Shown: positions 26,579 through 36,739 of the stretch, one piece after another
Layout of the letters: each line of letters starts with the position of its first letter
Position numbering within the stretch: the stretch's first letter is position 1
Notes under the pieces: model-generated
What the model was told of the DNA's origin: nothing
What the model saw: only the letters and a program-made list of their open reading frames with translations
Databases searched by the model: none
Position numbers and translations under genes: made by a program
From: Nanobdellota archaeon
GTDB taxonomy: Archaea > Nanobdellota > Nanobdellia > UBA10117 > ARS21
Reading direction: 5' to 3'
Length of the DNA: 64,000 bases
NCBI GenBank assembly: GCA_014240455.1
Contig: JAAZWY010000001.1
Coordinates: forward strand, 9,050 to 73,049

Positions 26579-29269
26579 ATGTCTAATAAGTCCTGGCACA
26601 CTGTTTCAGCTGAAAATATATATTCAGAACTAAAGTCTTCCAAGGACGGCATAACTTCGTCTGAAGCTCAGCAAAGATTGAAGACTTATGGACTAAATAA
26701 GTTTGTAAAGAAGAAAGATTATACAATTTTGAAGATTCTTTTGGGCCAATTTAAGTCATTCTTAGTTGGATTGTTGATTGTTGCCATGTTTGTTTCATAT
26801 GTTATTGGAGAACATATTGATGCATATGTTATCGGAGTTATTGTAATACTAAATGCTCTACTTGGATTTATTCAAGAATATCGCGCAGACAAAGCCGTAG
26901 AATCTTTGAAGAAATTGTCTGCACCTAAAGCTCATGTTATGCGAGACGGACGAGTTCAGGAAATTGATGCAACTCTGCTTGTTCCAGGAGATATTTTGGT
27001 TCTTGCAGAAGGAGATAGAATTCCTGCAGATGCCCGATTAGTTGAAGCACTAAGTCTTGAAGTTGATGAGTCAGCATTAACTGGAGAATCAAATCCGGTT
27101 GCTAAACAATCTGAAATTTTGACTGATGCAAATCTAACGGTTGCAGACAAGAAAAACATGGTTTTTATGAACACCGTTATTACTCGAGGAAGAGGGACCG
27201 CCATTGTTGTTGAAACAGGAATGTCAACAGAAATTGGTTTAATTGCTAAAAGTATTTCTGAACAAAAGACACCGGAAACTCCATTACAAAAGAAACTTGG
27301 AGTTGTTGCTAAGAATCTAGGAATTGGAGCACTAGTTGTTTCAGGTGCAGTTTTTGGTCTTGGAATTCTTAGAGGCGAACAAATAGTTAAGATGTTTACT
27401 GCCGCAGTTTCATTGGCAGTTGCCGCAGTTCCAGAAGGATTGCCTGCAGTTGTTACGATTACACTTGCTTTGGGTTTGAGACGAATGGCTAAATCTAATG
27501 CTTTAATTCGAAAGCTTCCTGTTGTTGAAACTCTCGGTAGTGCAACAGTTATTTGTTCAGATAAAACTGGAACTTTAACTAAAAATGAGATGACTGTTGA
27601 ACAAATTTACACCTCTGGAAATCTGATTAAAGTTTCAGGTCAAGGTTACACTCCTGAAGGAGATTTTTTGTTAGGGTTGAATAAAATTAAAAGTTCTAAT
27701 TCGAAGAGTCTTACGCTGGCCCTTCGTTCCGGAACTTTATGTACAACTGCCAATTTGTATAATGATGATTCTAAAGGATGGTATATTAATGGAGACCCAA
27801 CTGAAGGTGCGTTAATTGTTGCCGCAAAGAAGGCAGGATTGGAAAAAGAGTTATTGAAAACTGAACACAAATTTATTTCAGAATTACCTTTTGATTCCAA
27901 TCGTAAAATGATGTCGGTGATTTATGAACTACAAAATAAACACATTGCATATATTAAAGGTGCACCTGAAATTTTCTTGGATAAGGCAAGTCATGTTTAT
28001 ACTGAAAAAGGTCTCAAAAAATTAACAAAAACGGAGAGAGAAAAGATTCACAAAGTTTTGGAATCAATGTCAAATGAAGCATTGAGAGTTTTGGCAGTTG
28101 GTTACAAATATTTACCTGAAAAAGATAAGTATACTACTAAAGAAGTTGAGAATCAAATTGTTTTTGTTGGACTTCAGGCAATGATTGATCCTGCTCGTCC
28201 TGAAGCTAAGCCAGCAATTGCTAGATGTACTACTGCAGGAATTCAGACAATTATGATTACTGGTGATCATGCAAGTACTGCTTCTGCGATTGCGAGAGAA
28301 CTTGGAATATTGGAAGATAAAGGTAAAGTTGTTGTCGGAAAAGATCTGGAAAATATGTCTGATGAAGAACTTGAGAAAATTGTTGACACCGTTAGAGTGT
28401 TTGCAAGAGTTTCACCCCAACACAAATTAAGGATTGTTTATGCTTTGAAAAAGAAAGGTCATGTTGTTGCGATGACTGGAGATGGAGTAAATGATGCTCC
28501 AGCACTGAAGGCAGCAGATATTGGTGTTGCAATGGGAATTAATGGAACGGATGTTGCCAAAGACTCTGCAGATATGGTTTTAGCAGATGATAATTTTGCT
28601 TCAATTGTTTCAGCGGTTGAAGAAGGTAGAGGAATATTTGATAATATCAAACACTTTATTCGTTATTTATTATCAAGTAATGTTGGTGAAGTTATGGCCA
28701 TTTTTGTAGCTATGCTGATTGGATTACCGCTTCCATTAATTGCAGTTCAAATTCTTTTAATGAATCTTCTTACTGACGGATTACCTGCACTTGCATTAGG
28801 TGTTGATCCTCCAGTTCCAGGAATTATGAATCGACCTCCTCGAGATCCCAAGGAAGGTGCAATATCTAAAGATACTTGGATGTTCTCAATTTTAGTTGGT
28901 TTGACTATGATGGTTGGAACAGTTGGAGTGTTCTGGGTAAATCTTGCCGGAAGTGTAGAACATGCACGAACCTTAGCATTCACTACTTTAGTAATGTTCC
29001 AAATGTTTAACATATTTAACTCGCGAGCAGAGCGATCAATCCTGAAAGACACTCATTCAATTTTCAATAACAAAGCATTGCTGCTTGCAATACTAGGTTC
29101 AATTTCATTACAGGTATTAATTGTTCATTGGTCAGTTCTTCAGATTTACTTTGAGACAGTTGGATTGTCAGCAATGGATTGGGTAACTGCAATATTGGTT
29201 GGAGCATCTGTAATTCTAGTTGTTGAAGTGAAAAAACTGTTCGTAGTTCAAAAGAGTTTTAAAGCTTAA
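26579..29269 (+). CDS. Cation-transporting P-type ATPase (P2-type, Ca2+/cation pump-like)
   Basis: 896 aa. Phosphorylation motif DKTGTLT, TGES, hinge motif TGDGVNDAPALK, about 10 TM segments. Confidence 0.85.
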   Translation: MSNKSWHTVSAENIYSELKSSKDGITSSEAQQRLKTYGLNKFVKKKDYTILKILLGQFKSFLVGLLIVAMFVSYVIGEHIDAYVIGVIVILNALLGFIQEYRADKAVESLKKLSAPKAHVMRDGRVQEIDATLLVPGDILVLAEGDRIPADARLVEALSLEVDESALTGESNPVAKQSEILTDANLTVADKKNMVFMNTVITRGRGTAIVVETGMSTEIGLIAKSISEQKTPETPLQKKLGVVAKNLGIGALVVSGAVFGLGILRGEQIVKMFTAAVSLAVAAVPEGLPAVVTITLALGLRRMAKSNALIRKLPVVETLGSATVICSDKTGTLTKNEMTVEQIYTSGNLIKVSGQGYTPEGDFLLGLNKIKSSNSKSLTLALRSGTLCTTANLYNDDSKGWYINGDPTEGALIVAAKKAGLEKELLKTEHKFISELPFDSNRKMMSVIYELQNKHIAYIKGAPEIFLDKASHVYTEKGLKKLTKTEREKIHKVLESMSNEALRVLAVGYKYLPEKDKYTTKEVENQIVFVGLQAMIDPARPEAKPAIARCTTAGIQTIMITGDHASTASAIARELGILEDKGKVVVGKDLENMSDEELEKIVDTVRVFARVSPQHKLRIVYALKKKGHVVAMTGDGVNDAPALKAADIGVAMGINGTDVAKDSADMVLADDNFASIVSAVEEGRGIFDNIKHFIRYLLSSNVGEVMAIFVAMLIGLPLPLIAVQILLMNLLTDGLPALALGVDPPVPGIMNRPPRDPKEGAISKDTWMFSILVGLTMMVGTVGVFWVNLAGSVEHARTLAFTTLVMFQMFNIFNSRAERSILKDTHSIFNNKALLLAILGSISLQVLIVHWSVLQIYFETVGLSAMDWVTAILVGASVILVVEVKKLFVVQKSFKA

Positions 29270-29284
29270 TTTGAACTCCAGTTC

Positions 29285-29938
29285 ATGGTTAAAATCAAAA
29301 AGGGCGACTTAATTGAACTAGATTTCATTGGAAGATTTAAAGAAACTGGTGAAGTATTTGACTTAACTATTGAAGAAGTTGCTAAGAAAGAAAAACTAAA
29401 AGGTCCAGAGAATTTTAAGTATGGTCCGATGAAAGTCTTTGTTGGTTCTGGACAATTATTGAAGGGAATTGATAATAAACTAATTGGATCTGAAATTGGA
29501 TCTGAACAAGAGTTTGATTTGAAAGCTGAAGAAGCGTTTGGAAAACGAAATCCAAAATTAATCCAACTTGTATCCATTAATAAATTGAAAAAGCATAATT
29601 TGAATCCGATTGTAGGAATGCAACTAAATGTTGATGGAAGAGTTGCAGTAGTCAGATCAGTTACTGGCGGGAGAGTTATTCTTGACTTCAATCACCCATT
29701 TTCGGGTAAAGAAGTTAATTATTGGTTAAAACCTCAAAAAATTATCTCAGATCTTAAAGAAAAGGTTGGACTTGCCATGGAATTGATTGGATTCAAAGCA
29801 GATAATTTGAAAGTAGATAAAGGTAAAGTTACGCTTAAGCTAGCAAACAAAGATAAGCTAGGCGATAAATTCTTTGACATGCTTGAGAAACAGATCAAAG
29901 TAATGGTTCCAGAAGTCAAATCTGTTACTGTTGCGTAG
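29285..29938 (+). CDS. FKBP-type peptidyl-prolyl cis-trans isomerase, long archaeal form with C-terminal domain
   Basis: FKBP core (DFIGRFKETGEVFD...) followed by IF-like and C-terminal extension. Confidence 0.7.
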   Translation: MVKIKKGDLIELDFIGRFKETGEVFDLTIEEVAKKEKLKGPENFKYGPMKVFVGSGQLLKGIDNKLIGSEIGSEQEFDLKAEEAFGKRNPKLIQLVSINKLKKHNLNPIVGMQLNVDGRVAVVRSVTGGRVILDFNHPFSGKEVNYWLKPQKIISDLKEKVGLAMELIGFKADNLKVDKGKVTLKLANKDKLGDKFFDMLEKQIKVMVPEVKSVTVA

Positions 29939-29997
29939 TGTTCTTTTAATCGTAATAATGCTTATAAAAATCTGAATGATATCTAAATCAAGCTAGA

Positions 29998-31245
29998 ATG
30001 GACCCTTATGACGATTATTCAGATAATGTTGATTACAACACTAGCCCAGACAATAATACTGACACTAATACTGACTCAAGTTATGATTCATTTGGAACTG
30101 ATACTTCAACTGATAGTTTCTTGAATGAACCTGCTGCACCGGCGCAAGACAGTTTTAGTAGTACTGGATTTGATGCTCCAGCAGATGTTTCAAGTTTAAG
30201 TAAAGATGATGAAGAACTTGAAAAAGTTCTTGCAAATCGTAAGGCTCGAATAAAAGTAATTGGTTGTGGAGGTGCAGGAAATAATACAATTTCTAGAATT
30301 TCCGAAATCGGAGTTACAGGTGCAGAAATTATTGCAATTAATACTGATGCTCAAGATTTACTTAATGCAACTGCGGATCGAAAGTTGTTGATTGGAAAAG
30401 ATTTAACTCAAGGACTTGGTGCGGGATCAGATCCTCGAATAGGAAAAGATGCTGCTAAAGAATCTCAGAAAGAAATTAAAGAAGCCTTACAAGATTCCCA
30501 TATGATATTTATTACTGGTGGACTTGGGGGAGGAACAGGAACTGGATGTATGCCTGAAGTTGCAAGCATTGCAAAGAAGATGGGTGTATTGACTGTTGCT
30601 GTTGTCACCCTGCCTTTTGAAATGGAAGGAGTTCTTAGACATGAAAATGCAATGGTTGGTCTTGAAGAACTTGAAGGTTTAGTTGATACTTTGATTTTGA
30701 TTCCGAATGATAAGCTGATTGAACTTGCTCCAGACTTACCCCTACATACTGCGTTTAAAGTTGCAGATGAAATTTTGACTAATGCAGTTAAAGGTATTGC
30801 AGAATTAATTACAAAACCAGGATTAATTAATTTAGATTTTGCCGATATTAAGGCTGTAATGAGTTCTGGAGGAATTGCTATGATTGGATTGGGTGAAAGT
30901 GATACAGAAAACAGAGCGATAGAATCTGTTGAAAAAGCATTAAGCAATCCGTTGTTAGATGTTGAAGTTTCCGGAGCAACTGGAGCTTTGATTAATGTTA
31001 TCGGTGGTCCAGACATGACTCTTGATGAAGCTAAGAAAGTTGTTGAGAATGTTACTGAACGTCTTGATGAGAATGCTAAGATTATTTGGGGAGCTCAATT
31101 GAGTCCAGAGTTACAAAACTCAGTTCGAACAATGTTGGTAGTAGTGGGAGTTAAATCTCCACAAATTTTTGGTCCGAAGAGAACCATGTCTCATAAAAAA
31201 CAAGAAGACATGGAAGGAAACTTTGGAATTAAGTTTATTGACTAA
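29998..31245 (+). CDS. ftsZ: Cell division GTPase FtsZ with about 80-aa acidic low-complexity N-terminal extension
   Basis: Tubulin signature GGGTGTG, GCGGAGNN phosphate-binding loop. N-terminal D/T/S/Y-rich segment precedes the GTPase core. Confidence 0.85.
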   Translation: MDPYDDYSDNVDYNTSPDNNTDTNTDSSYDSFGTDTSTDSFLNEPAAPAQDSFSSTGFDAPADVSSLSKDDEELEKVLANRKARIKVIGCGGAGNNTISRISEIGVTGAEIIAINTDAQDLLNATADRKLLIGKDLTQGLGAGSDPRIGKDAAKESQKEIKEALQDSHMIFITGGLGGGTGTGCMPEVASIAKKMGVLTVAVVTLPFEMEGVLRHENAMVGLEELEGLVDTLILIPNDKLIELAPDLPLHTAFKVADEILTNAVKGIAELITKPGLINLDFADIKAVMSSGGIAMIGLGESDTENRAIESVEKALSNPLLDVEVSGATGALINVIGGPDMTLDEAKKVVENVTERLDENAKIIWGAQLSPELQNSVRTMLVVVGVKSPQIFGPKRTMSHKKQEDMEGNFGIKFID

Positions 31246-31580
31246 TGGAATTTGATGAATATCAAAGGAAGACAAAAGAAACTGCAATTTATCCTAGAGA
31301 TAATCCAATGACTGCGTTAAGTTATGCAACTTTAGGTCTTGTTGGAGAGTCTGGAGAAATTGCCAATAAAGTAAAGAAAATTATTCGAGATCAAGATGGC
31401 GACATTAACCAAGATGTCAAGGAAAAGTTAGGAAAAGAGTTAGGTGATGTTTTATGGTATGTTTCTGCGCTTGCTAGTGAATTGGGCGTCAGTTTAAGCT
31501 CTGTTGCTAACGATAATCTTGATAAATTATTCTCTAGAAAAGAACGTGGAACTTTGAAGGGAAGCGGCGATAATCGCTAA
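31245..31580 (+). CDS. MazG-like nucleotide pyrophosphohydrolase
   Basis: EsGEiane...ELGDVLWY motif pattern of the all-alpha NTP-PPase family. Start overlaps the ftsZ stop. Confidence 0.65.
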   Translation: MEFDEYQRKTKETAIYPRDNPMTALSYATLGLVGESGEIANKVKKIIRDQDGDINQDVKEKLGKELGDVLWYVSALASELGVSLSSVANDNLDKLFSRKERGTLKGSGDNR

Positions 31581-31623
31581 GCCTACTGGAAAGCTTTATA
31601 AATGAAACTTCTCAGTTTTAGGT

Positions 31624-31863
31624 ATGGTTTCACCTATTCAAATTGATGCACCAGAAATACATATACCAAAGCCAAAAGAATGGCCGGGCTTGATGCAAAG
31701 AAAGCTTCGAGAGTATAAGCGAGTGCTATCTATTACAAAGAAACCATCGATGGATGAGTTCAAAGCTATTGTTAAAGTAACTGGCTTAGGAATGGCAGTC
31801 ATTGGCCTAATTGGGTTTGTGATTTTCATGATCGTCCAAGGAATGGGAAACTTAGGAATATGA
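31624..31863 (+). CDS. secE: Protein translocase subunit SecE/Sec61gamma
   Basis: 79 aa, single C-terminal TM, conserved position upstream of spt5/nusG. Confidence 0.7.
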   Translation: MVSPIQIDAPEIHIPKPKEWPGLMQRKLREYKRVLSITKKPSMDEFKAIVKVTGLGMAVIGLIGFVIFMIVQGMGNLGI

Positions 31864-32306
31864 CAATATTTACAATACGAACAGCAATTGGAAGAGAAGA
31901 ACAAGTAGTTGATTTTCTATCGACTAACGCAGAAAAATCTGATGGAATTCATGCTATCTTGAGTCCACACGGAGTTGTAGGATATATCTTTATTGAAGCA
32001 GATTCAGTTACTGATGTTCAACATGTTTCATATAGAGTGCCTTATGTTCGAGGAGTTTTAACAAAACCAGTTACAATTGATGCTATTGATCACTTGATTG
32101 AATTCAAACCAGAAAATGTAGATATTCAACTTGGAGATACTGTTGAAATTATTGGCGGTCCATTCAAAGGTGAACGAGGAAGAGTTACTCGACTTAAGAC
32201 TGAAAAATCTGAAGTTATTGTTGAGTTACTTGAAGCAGCGGTACCGATTCCGATAACTTTAAATCTTGACTCAGTAAAAGTCGTTGGTAAGGAGAATCGA
32301 GAATAA
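31860..32306 (+). CDS. spt5: Transcription elongation factor Spt5 (NusG homologue)
   Basis: NGN domain plus KOW motif (GDTVEIIGGPFKGERGRV). ATGA overlap with secE and TAATG overlap with L11. Confidence 0.8.
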   Translation: MTIFTIRTAIGREEQVVDFLSTNAEKSDGIHAILSPHGVVGYIFIEADSVTDVQHVSYRVPYVRGVLTKPVTIDAIDHLIEFKPENVDIQLGDTVEIIGGPFKGERGRVTRLKTEKSEVIVELLEAAVPIPITLNLDSVKVVGKENRE

Positions 32307-32788
32307 TGGCAGAAACAATTGAATTACAAGTTAAAGGCGGACAAGCATCTGGCGGTCCACCTTTAGGTCCAAAATTAGGACCAACTGGAATCAATATTCA
32401 AGATGTAGTTGGAGCAATCAATGAAAAAACTGCTGCAATGAAAGGTATGAGTGTACCAGTTAAAGTTCATATTAATACTGATGACAAATCTTTTGAGATT
32501 GAAATCGGAACACCTCCTACAGCGGGTCTAATTCTTAAAGAGCTAGGAATTCAAAAAGGTTCAGGAGCTCCAGGAACAGAATTTGTTGCAGATATAACAA
32601 TTGAACAAGCATTGAATGTTGCAGATATTAAATTTTCAGGAATTTTAGCAAAATCAAGAAAAGCAGCGCTAAAAGAAGTTGTTGGAGTTTGTAATGCAAT
32701 GGGTGTCAAAGTTAATGGTGAAGAACCTGATAAAGCTTCTAAACTAATTGGCGAAGGTAAGTGGGATAAATTAATTCCTGCTAAGTAA
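32306..32788 (+). CDS. rpl11: 50S ribosomal protein L11
   Basis: 160 aa; ...PPLGPKLGPTGINI... conserved L11 N-terminal domain. Confidence 0.85.
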   Translation: MAETIELQVKGGQASGGPPLGPKLGPTGINIQDVVGAINEKTAAMKGMSVPVKVHINTDDKSFEIEIGTPPTAGLILKELGIQKGSGAPGTEFVADITIEQALNVADIKFSGILAKSRKAALKEVVGVCNAMGVKVNGEEPDKASKLIGEGKWDKLIPAK

Positions 32789-32998
32789 TTCTCTAAGATT
32801 ATCACAACCACCGATAAATTTTCTATCTAATAAAATTATTGGAACTGTTTGATGTTTATATTTCTCTTTAATTTTTTGAAGTTCATCCGGTTTATCATCC
32901 ATAATATGTTCTTCAAATTCAATATTATTTTTGATTAGAAGTTTCTTAGCATCTTTACAAAACGGGCAAAAACTCCAAGTCCAAATTTCTGCTTTCAT
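32771..32998 (-). CDS. Glutaredoxin-like small redox protein (CPFC active site)
   Basis: 75 aa, WSFCPFCKDAKKLL active-site context, thioredoxin-fold layout. Confidence 0.6.
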   Translation of the reverse strand: MKAEIWTWSFCPFCKDAKKLLIKNNIEFEEHIMDDKPDELQKIKEKYKHQTVPIILLDRKFIGGCDNLRELLSRN

Positions 32999-35502
32999 TT
33001 TCTTTTAAATTTCCTCAATTCCTTTCTCAATCTTTTCCACGTTGAAAACAATTCTTCAACCGCTTCAGGAATTGGTTGAACCTTAATTTTTGGAACAGGT
33101 TTATTTAACTTCTTACTCATTTCTCGCATTTCTTTTATGAACCTAGAAATTGTTTTTGGTAAATGTTCTTTTTGAGATTTTAATATTTTTGAAGCATCAG
33201 CAATTTGTTCAAGAGTAACAGTTCCAGATCTTGATCCAAATGCCGAAAGTATTTCTGAACCAAGTCTTCTTTCCTCCTCTTCAAGTTGCTTTGCAATATC
33301 TCCAGAAACGTAGGATATTCTGATTACTCCGTCCTGAATTCTTTTTGAACCTAGAAGTTTTATTTGACCAATTTCTTTAGTATTATCTAGATGAGTTCCG
33401 CCACATGCTTGTGCGTCAAAACCTTTAACGTGAACAACTCTAACTTCGCCACCTGGGACGAATCCGCCTTGATATAATGTAAATCCAAATCTTTTTTCTG
33501 CTAAAGCTTTTGATAGGATTTCCTTTTCTACAACAATTTTATCTTTAACCGCTTTGTTTGCAACCTTTTCTATTTTCTTAAGTTGTTTACTCGTCAAGGA
33601 ATCAAAATGAGTAATATCCAATCTCCCCCGTTCTTCATTTACATCTGAACCTGCTTGCCAAATGTGTTTACCAAGAACTTTACGTGCTGCACCGCCAATT
33701 ACGTGCGTTGCAGTATGATGCTTCATTGTGTTTGTTCGACGCTCATCATCAATTCTACCGATCACTTCATCACCTTCCTTGAAATCAATATTTTCAACCT
33801 CGTGCATAATATATGGACCTTGATTAAAAGTATTTACAACACGATTCATGTTTAAGGAACCGCTGTCAAAATTTTGTCCACCACTTGTTGCGTAGAATAA
33901 TGTTTTGTCAAGTATTACATATCGATTATCGATTATCTTGAGAACCTTTGCATCAAATTCTCTTGCACGTTCATCCAACCAGAATAGTTTTGTTGTTTGA
34001 GGAACTCCATCAAAAGTTAAGTCTTGCTCTTCTTCAAGTTTTGGTGCGCTTCTTTTTTCGTGCCGCGATGCTACTTTCAGATAGAAGTCTGATGGAACCT
34101 TTATTTTTCCTTTTGATGCTTCAGACAATTCTTCCGGTGTAATTCCTTTAGAATCATATAACTCAAGTAATTTATTTTCATCAACAGTTGTTTTAATTAT
34201 CTTTGAGATTATTCTTTTGCTTACGATTTTTGATTGAGTATATTTTCTTTCTTCAGCCTTAAGAATCTCTTGAACGGACTTTACACTTTTTGATAGTTCA
34301 GGATACTGTGGTTTCAATTCTTTAGCATGAAGTTCAATGAGTTTTGAATAATCAAGTTTTACATTATACTTGTTTGCGAAATCCATACTTCTACGATAAA
34401 TACTTCTGAGATTGTAACCTCCGCCGGAATTTGAAGGCAGTGCACCATCTGCTAATGCGAATAATAATGTTCTAGAGTGATCTGCAATTGCGTATAGTGA
34501 AGAGATAGGATATATTTCTTTTTTTAGTTTGTTTTTAGAATAACCAATTTTTCTTGCCGTACTTGCCCATATTTTTTCTATGTCATCAACTTCATCAACA
34601 TTAAGATTTCCTGAAACTGGAACGAACTTTGTCCACAAATCCAAGTCTGGTTTCCTTCCAGATTGTTTGTAAAGATATTTTACAGTTTGAGGCATTGTCA
34701 GTTCAAAATTTATTGGTTTCCCTGAAGTCAACCAAGGATAACGTTCTTGTCCTGAACCCATATCAAGTACATTTATATCCAAATCTTTGTAACCGGTCGG
34801 AGTAACTTTGTAAGTCATGTAAACTTGATTTCCAAGTTCGACTCCGCGAGAAAAATACTCCAAAGATACGCCAAGATTTCCGCCTCCACCCCACTGATCT
34901 TCATGAAATTGGATTTCATTTAATGGAAGTTTTACTCCTTTTGTTAACCAAGTAATTATATCTGAAAGATATTTTTCTTTATCATAATTTTCTGGAGATT
35001 GGAATGTATGTTGCCCTAGATGAAAGTGTGTTGAATAATGTCTTCCAGTAATTCCGACATTGTCAATATCATTAAATCTTAAGGACGGTTGAGACATTAC
35101 TAAGGGATTTGCAGGAGGACTAACTACTCCACCAACTACGAAAGGTTGAAATGCATAAATTGAAGCTTGAGTAAACCATGTATCATCTCTCCAGCGTGCA
35201 ACTGTAGGATATCGTTTAATTGGTGAATATCCCAGACCTTTCATTGTTGAAGCGAATTTATCCCAAGTTTCTAAATAACCAATTTTTGATTTTGTTGGAG
35301 AATCATTTATGAACGAATAACCTCCACTACATTCTGGTTCTCCACAAGTTTTCCTAGGAACTGTTGACCAGAAAAAAGTATCACATTTAGAACATTTAGC
35401 TCTATCAAATCCATTATCTTTTAGAACTTGAATCGGATAAAATTTCTCAGGATTTTTGCTTGCTTGCTTTTTCAAGTCTAGCTTTAATGCTTTTAGGCTC
35501 AT
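32995..35502 (-). CDS. alaS: Alanyl-tRNA synthetase
   Basis: 835 aa. Editing-domain zinc motif HHTATHV...CGGTH. Archaeal AlaRS N-terminal catalytic core. Confidence 0.8.
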   Translation of the reverse strand: MSLKALKLDLKKQASKNPEKFYPIQVLKDNGFDRAKCSKCDTFFWSTVPRKTCGEPECSGGYSFINDSPTKSKIGYLETWDKFASTMKGLGYSPIKRYPTVARWRDDTWFTQASIYAFQPFVVGGVVSPPANPLVMSQPSLRFNDIDNVGITGRHYSTHFHLGQHTFQSPENYDKEKYLSDIITWLTKGVKLPLNEIQFHEDQWGGGGNLGVSLEYFSRGVELGNQVYMTYKVTPTGYKDLDINVLDMGSGQERYPWLTSGKPINFELTMPQTVKYLYKQSGRKPDLDLWTKFVPVSGNLNVDEVDDIEKIWASTARKIGYSKNKLKKEIYPISSLYAIADHSRTLLFALADGALPSNSGGGYNLRSIYRRSMDFANKYNVKLDYSKLIELHAKELKPQYPELSKSVKSVQEILKAEERKYTQSKIVSKRIISKIIKTTVDENKLLELYDSKGITPEELSEASKGKIKVPSDFYLKVASRHEKRSAPKLEEEQDLTFDGVPQTTKLFWLDERAREFDAKVLKIIDNRYVILDKTLFYATSGGQNFDSGSLNMNRVVNTFNQGPYIMHEVENIDFKEGDEVIGRIDDERRTNTMKHHTATHVIGGAARKVLGKHIWQAGSDVNEERGRLDITHFDSLTSKQLKKIEKVANKAVKDKIVVEKEILSKALAEKRFGFTLYQGGFVPGGEVRVVHVKGFDAQACGGTHLDNTKEIGQIKLLGSKRIQDGVIRISYVSGDIAKQLEEEERRLGSEILSAFGSRSGTVTLEQIADASKILKSQKEHLPKTISRFIKEMREMSKKLNKPVPKIKVQPIPEAVEELFSTWKRLRKELRKFKRK

Positions 35503-35539
35503 GAATAATACTAGATGGAGAATTTATTAAGAGTTTGTA

Positions 35540-36376
35540 TTATTTTTTCATCAAACCTTTTTGAAGTTTCAAAATATCATCTTTGCTTAATTTCTTACCT
35601 GTTTTCAAAGCTTCTTTAACATCAACCTTCATCTTTGCTTCATTTTTATTGAAAATTTCCATTGCAGATTTTCTTGCACTTTCAGGAAGTTTAGACATAT
35701 CTCTTAGAACTCCACCAAGTTTTGCATTCATTATATTGATTTGATCTTTTAGACCATTTAAAACAAGTTTAGAAACATTTCTTTGTCTTTTAATTGTTGT
35801 AATTTCTTTAGATAGCACTGTGAGTCTATCAAAAATTTGACTTGATTCTTTTGCAAGAGTTTGAATTTTATCATGAAATGAGTCTGCGTCTTTCTTCACT
35901 AATTTAGTTCGTTCTCTGACTTGTTCGAATTCAACAGAAGGTTTTTGTGAATCTTGATGTTCTTTTATAGTTTTTTTCAAAGACTTAATTTTCTTCATTA
36001 TATTTTTCTCTTTGGTCATACTAACTGCACCAGTTTGAATTTGGTAGTCCAGTTGTTGAATTTCTGCTAAAATTTTTTCCTTGTTGAGTTTTGGAGTTTT
36101 ACCTCTACTTTTTTTGTGCTGAACCTTTAGATGTTTAAGTTTTTTCAGACCTTCACGAACTTCTTTGTTTTTATTGTTTCGCTGTTTTTTCAAAGACGAC
36201 AATTCTTTTTCAATCTCTTTTTTGCGAGCATTCAAATCGACTGCTTCTTTGATTAATTTGTTAAGAACTCCACCAAGTTTTGTTTTTTCCCTATATTTTT
36301 TCTCTTTCTTGCTACCCAGATCTCTAAGAGATCCAGTGAGTTCCTTTGCCTGTGTTTTTAATATTTTTGCATCCAT
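35540..36376 (-). CDS. Lys-rich coiled-coil protein of unknown function
   Basis: 278 aa, about 25% K, continuous heptad pattern. Confidence 0.35.
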   Translation of the reverse strand: MDAKILKTQAKELTGSLRDLGSKKEKKYREKTKLGGVLNKLIKEAVDLNARKKEIEKELSSLKKQRNNKNKEVREGLKKLKHLKVQHKKSRGKTPKLNKEKILAEIQQLDYQIQTGAVSMTKEKNIMKKIKSLKKTIKEHQDSQKPSVEFEQVRERTKLVKKDADSFHDKIQTLAKESSQIFDRLTVLSKEITTIKRQRNVSKLVLNGLKDQINIMNAKLGGVLRDMSKLPESARKSAMEIFNKNEAKMKVDVKEALKTGKKLSKDDILKLQKGLMKK

Positions 36377-36424
36377 TTATATCCTCCTTGGATTGAGGTA
36401 ATCGAGTTAATACATTATTCGGTT

Positions 36425-36736
36425 TTAACCGAACAATGCACCAAGACCTTCGGAGACGTCTTCTTCAGAAGCTTCTGCTGTTTCTTCTTTTGCTTCTGCT
36501 GGACTTTCTTGAGCTGCGTCTGCGCTAGCTGCTGGAGCTGCACTTGCACTTGCACTTGCCAGTTGAGTTTCTTCAATTACTTTATTGATATCAACATCGG
36601 CAAGAGCTGCGGCAGTTGCCTTAACTCTAGCTTCATCAACGCTTACACCAGCTGCAGATAAAGTCTTTGTAAGTGCGTCAGCACTAACGTCTTTTCCTGC
36701 CTTGTTCAATAACATTGCTGCATATACGTATTCCAT
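36425..36736 (-). CDS. rpl12: 50S ribosomal stalk protein P1 (L12e)
   Basis: Acidic Ala-rich linker and C-terminal EEDVSEGLGALFG. Confidence 0.85.
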   Translation of the reverse strand: MEYVYAAMLLNKAGKDVSADALTKTLSAAGVSVDEARVKATAAALADVDINKVIEETQLASASASAAPAASADAAQESPAEAKEETAEASEEDVSEGLGALFG

Positions 36737-36739
36737 TTT

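Noticed and set aside
36404-36420. TTCGGTTTTAACCGAA palindrome downstream of P1 as a terminator
   Set aside because: Not followed by an oligo-T tract on the transcribed strand; function uncertain.
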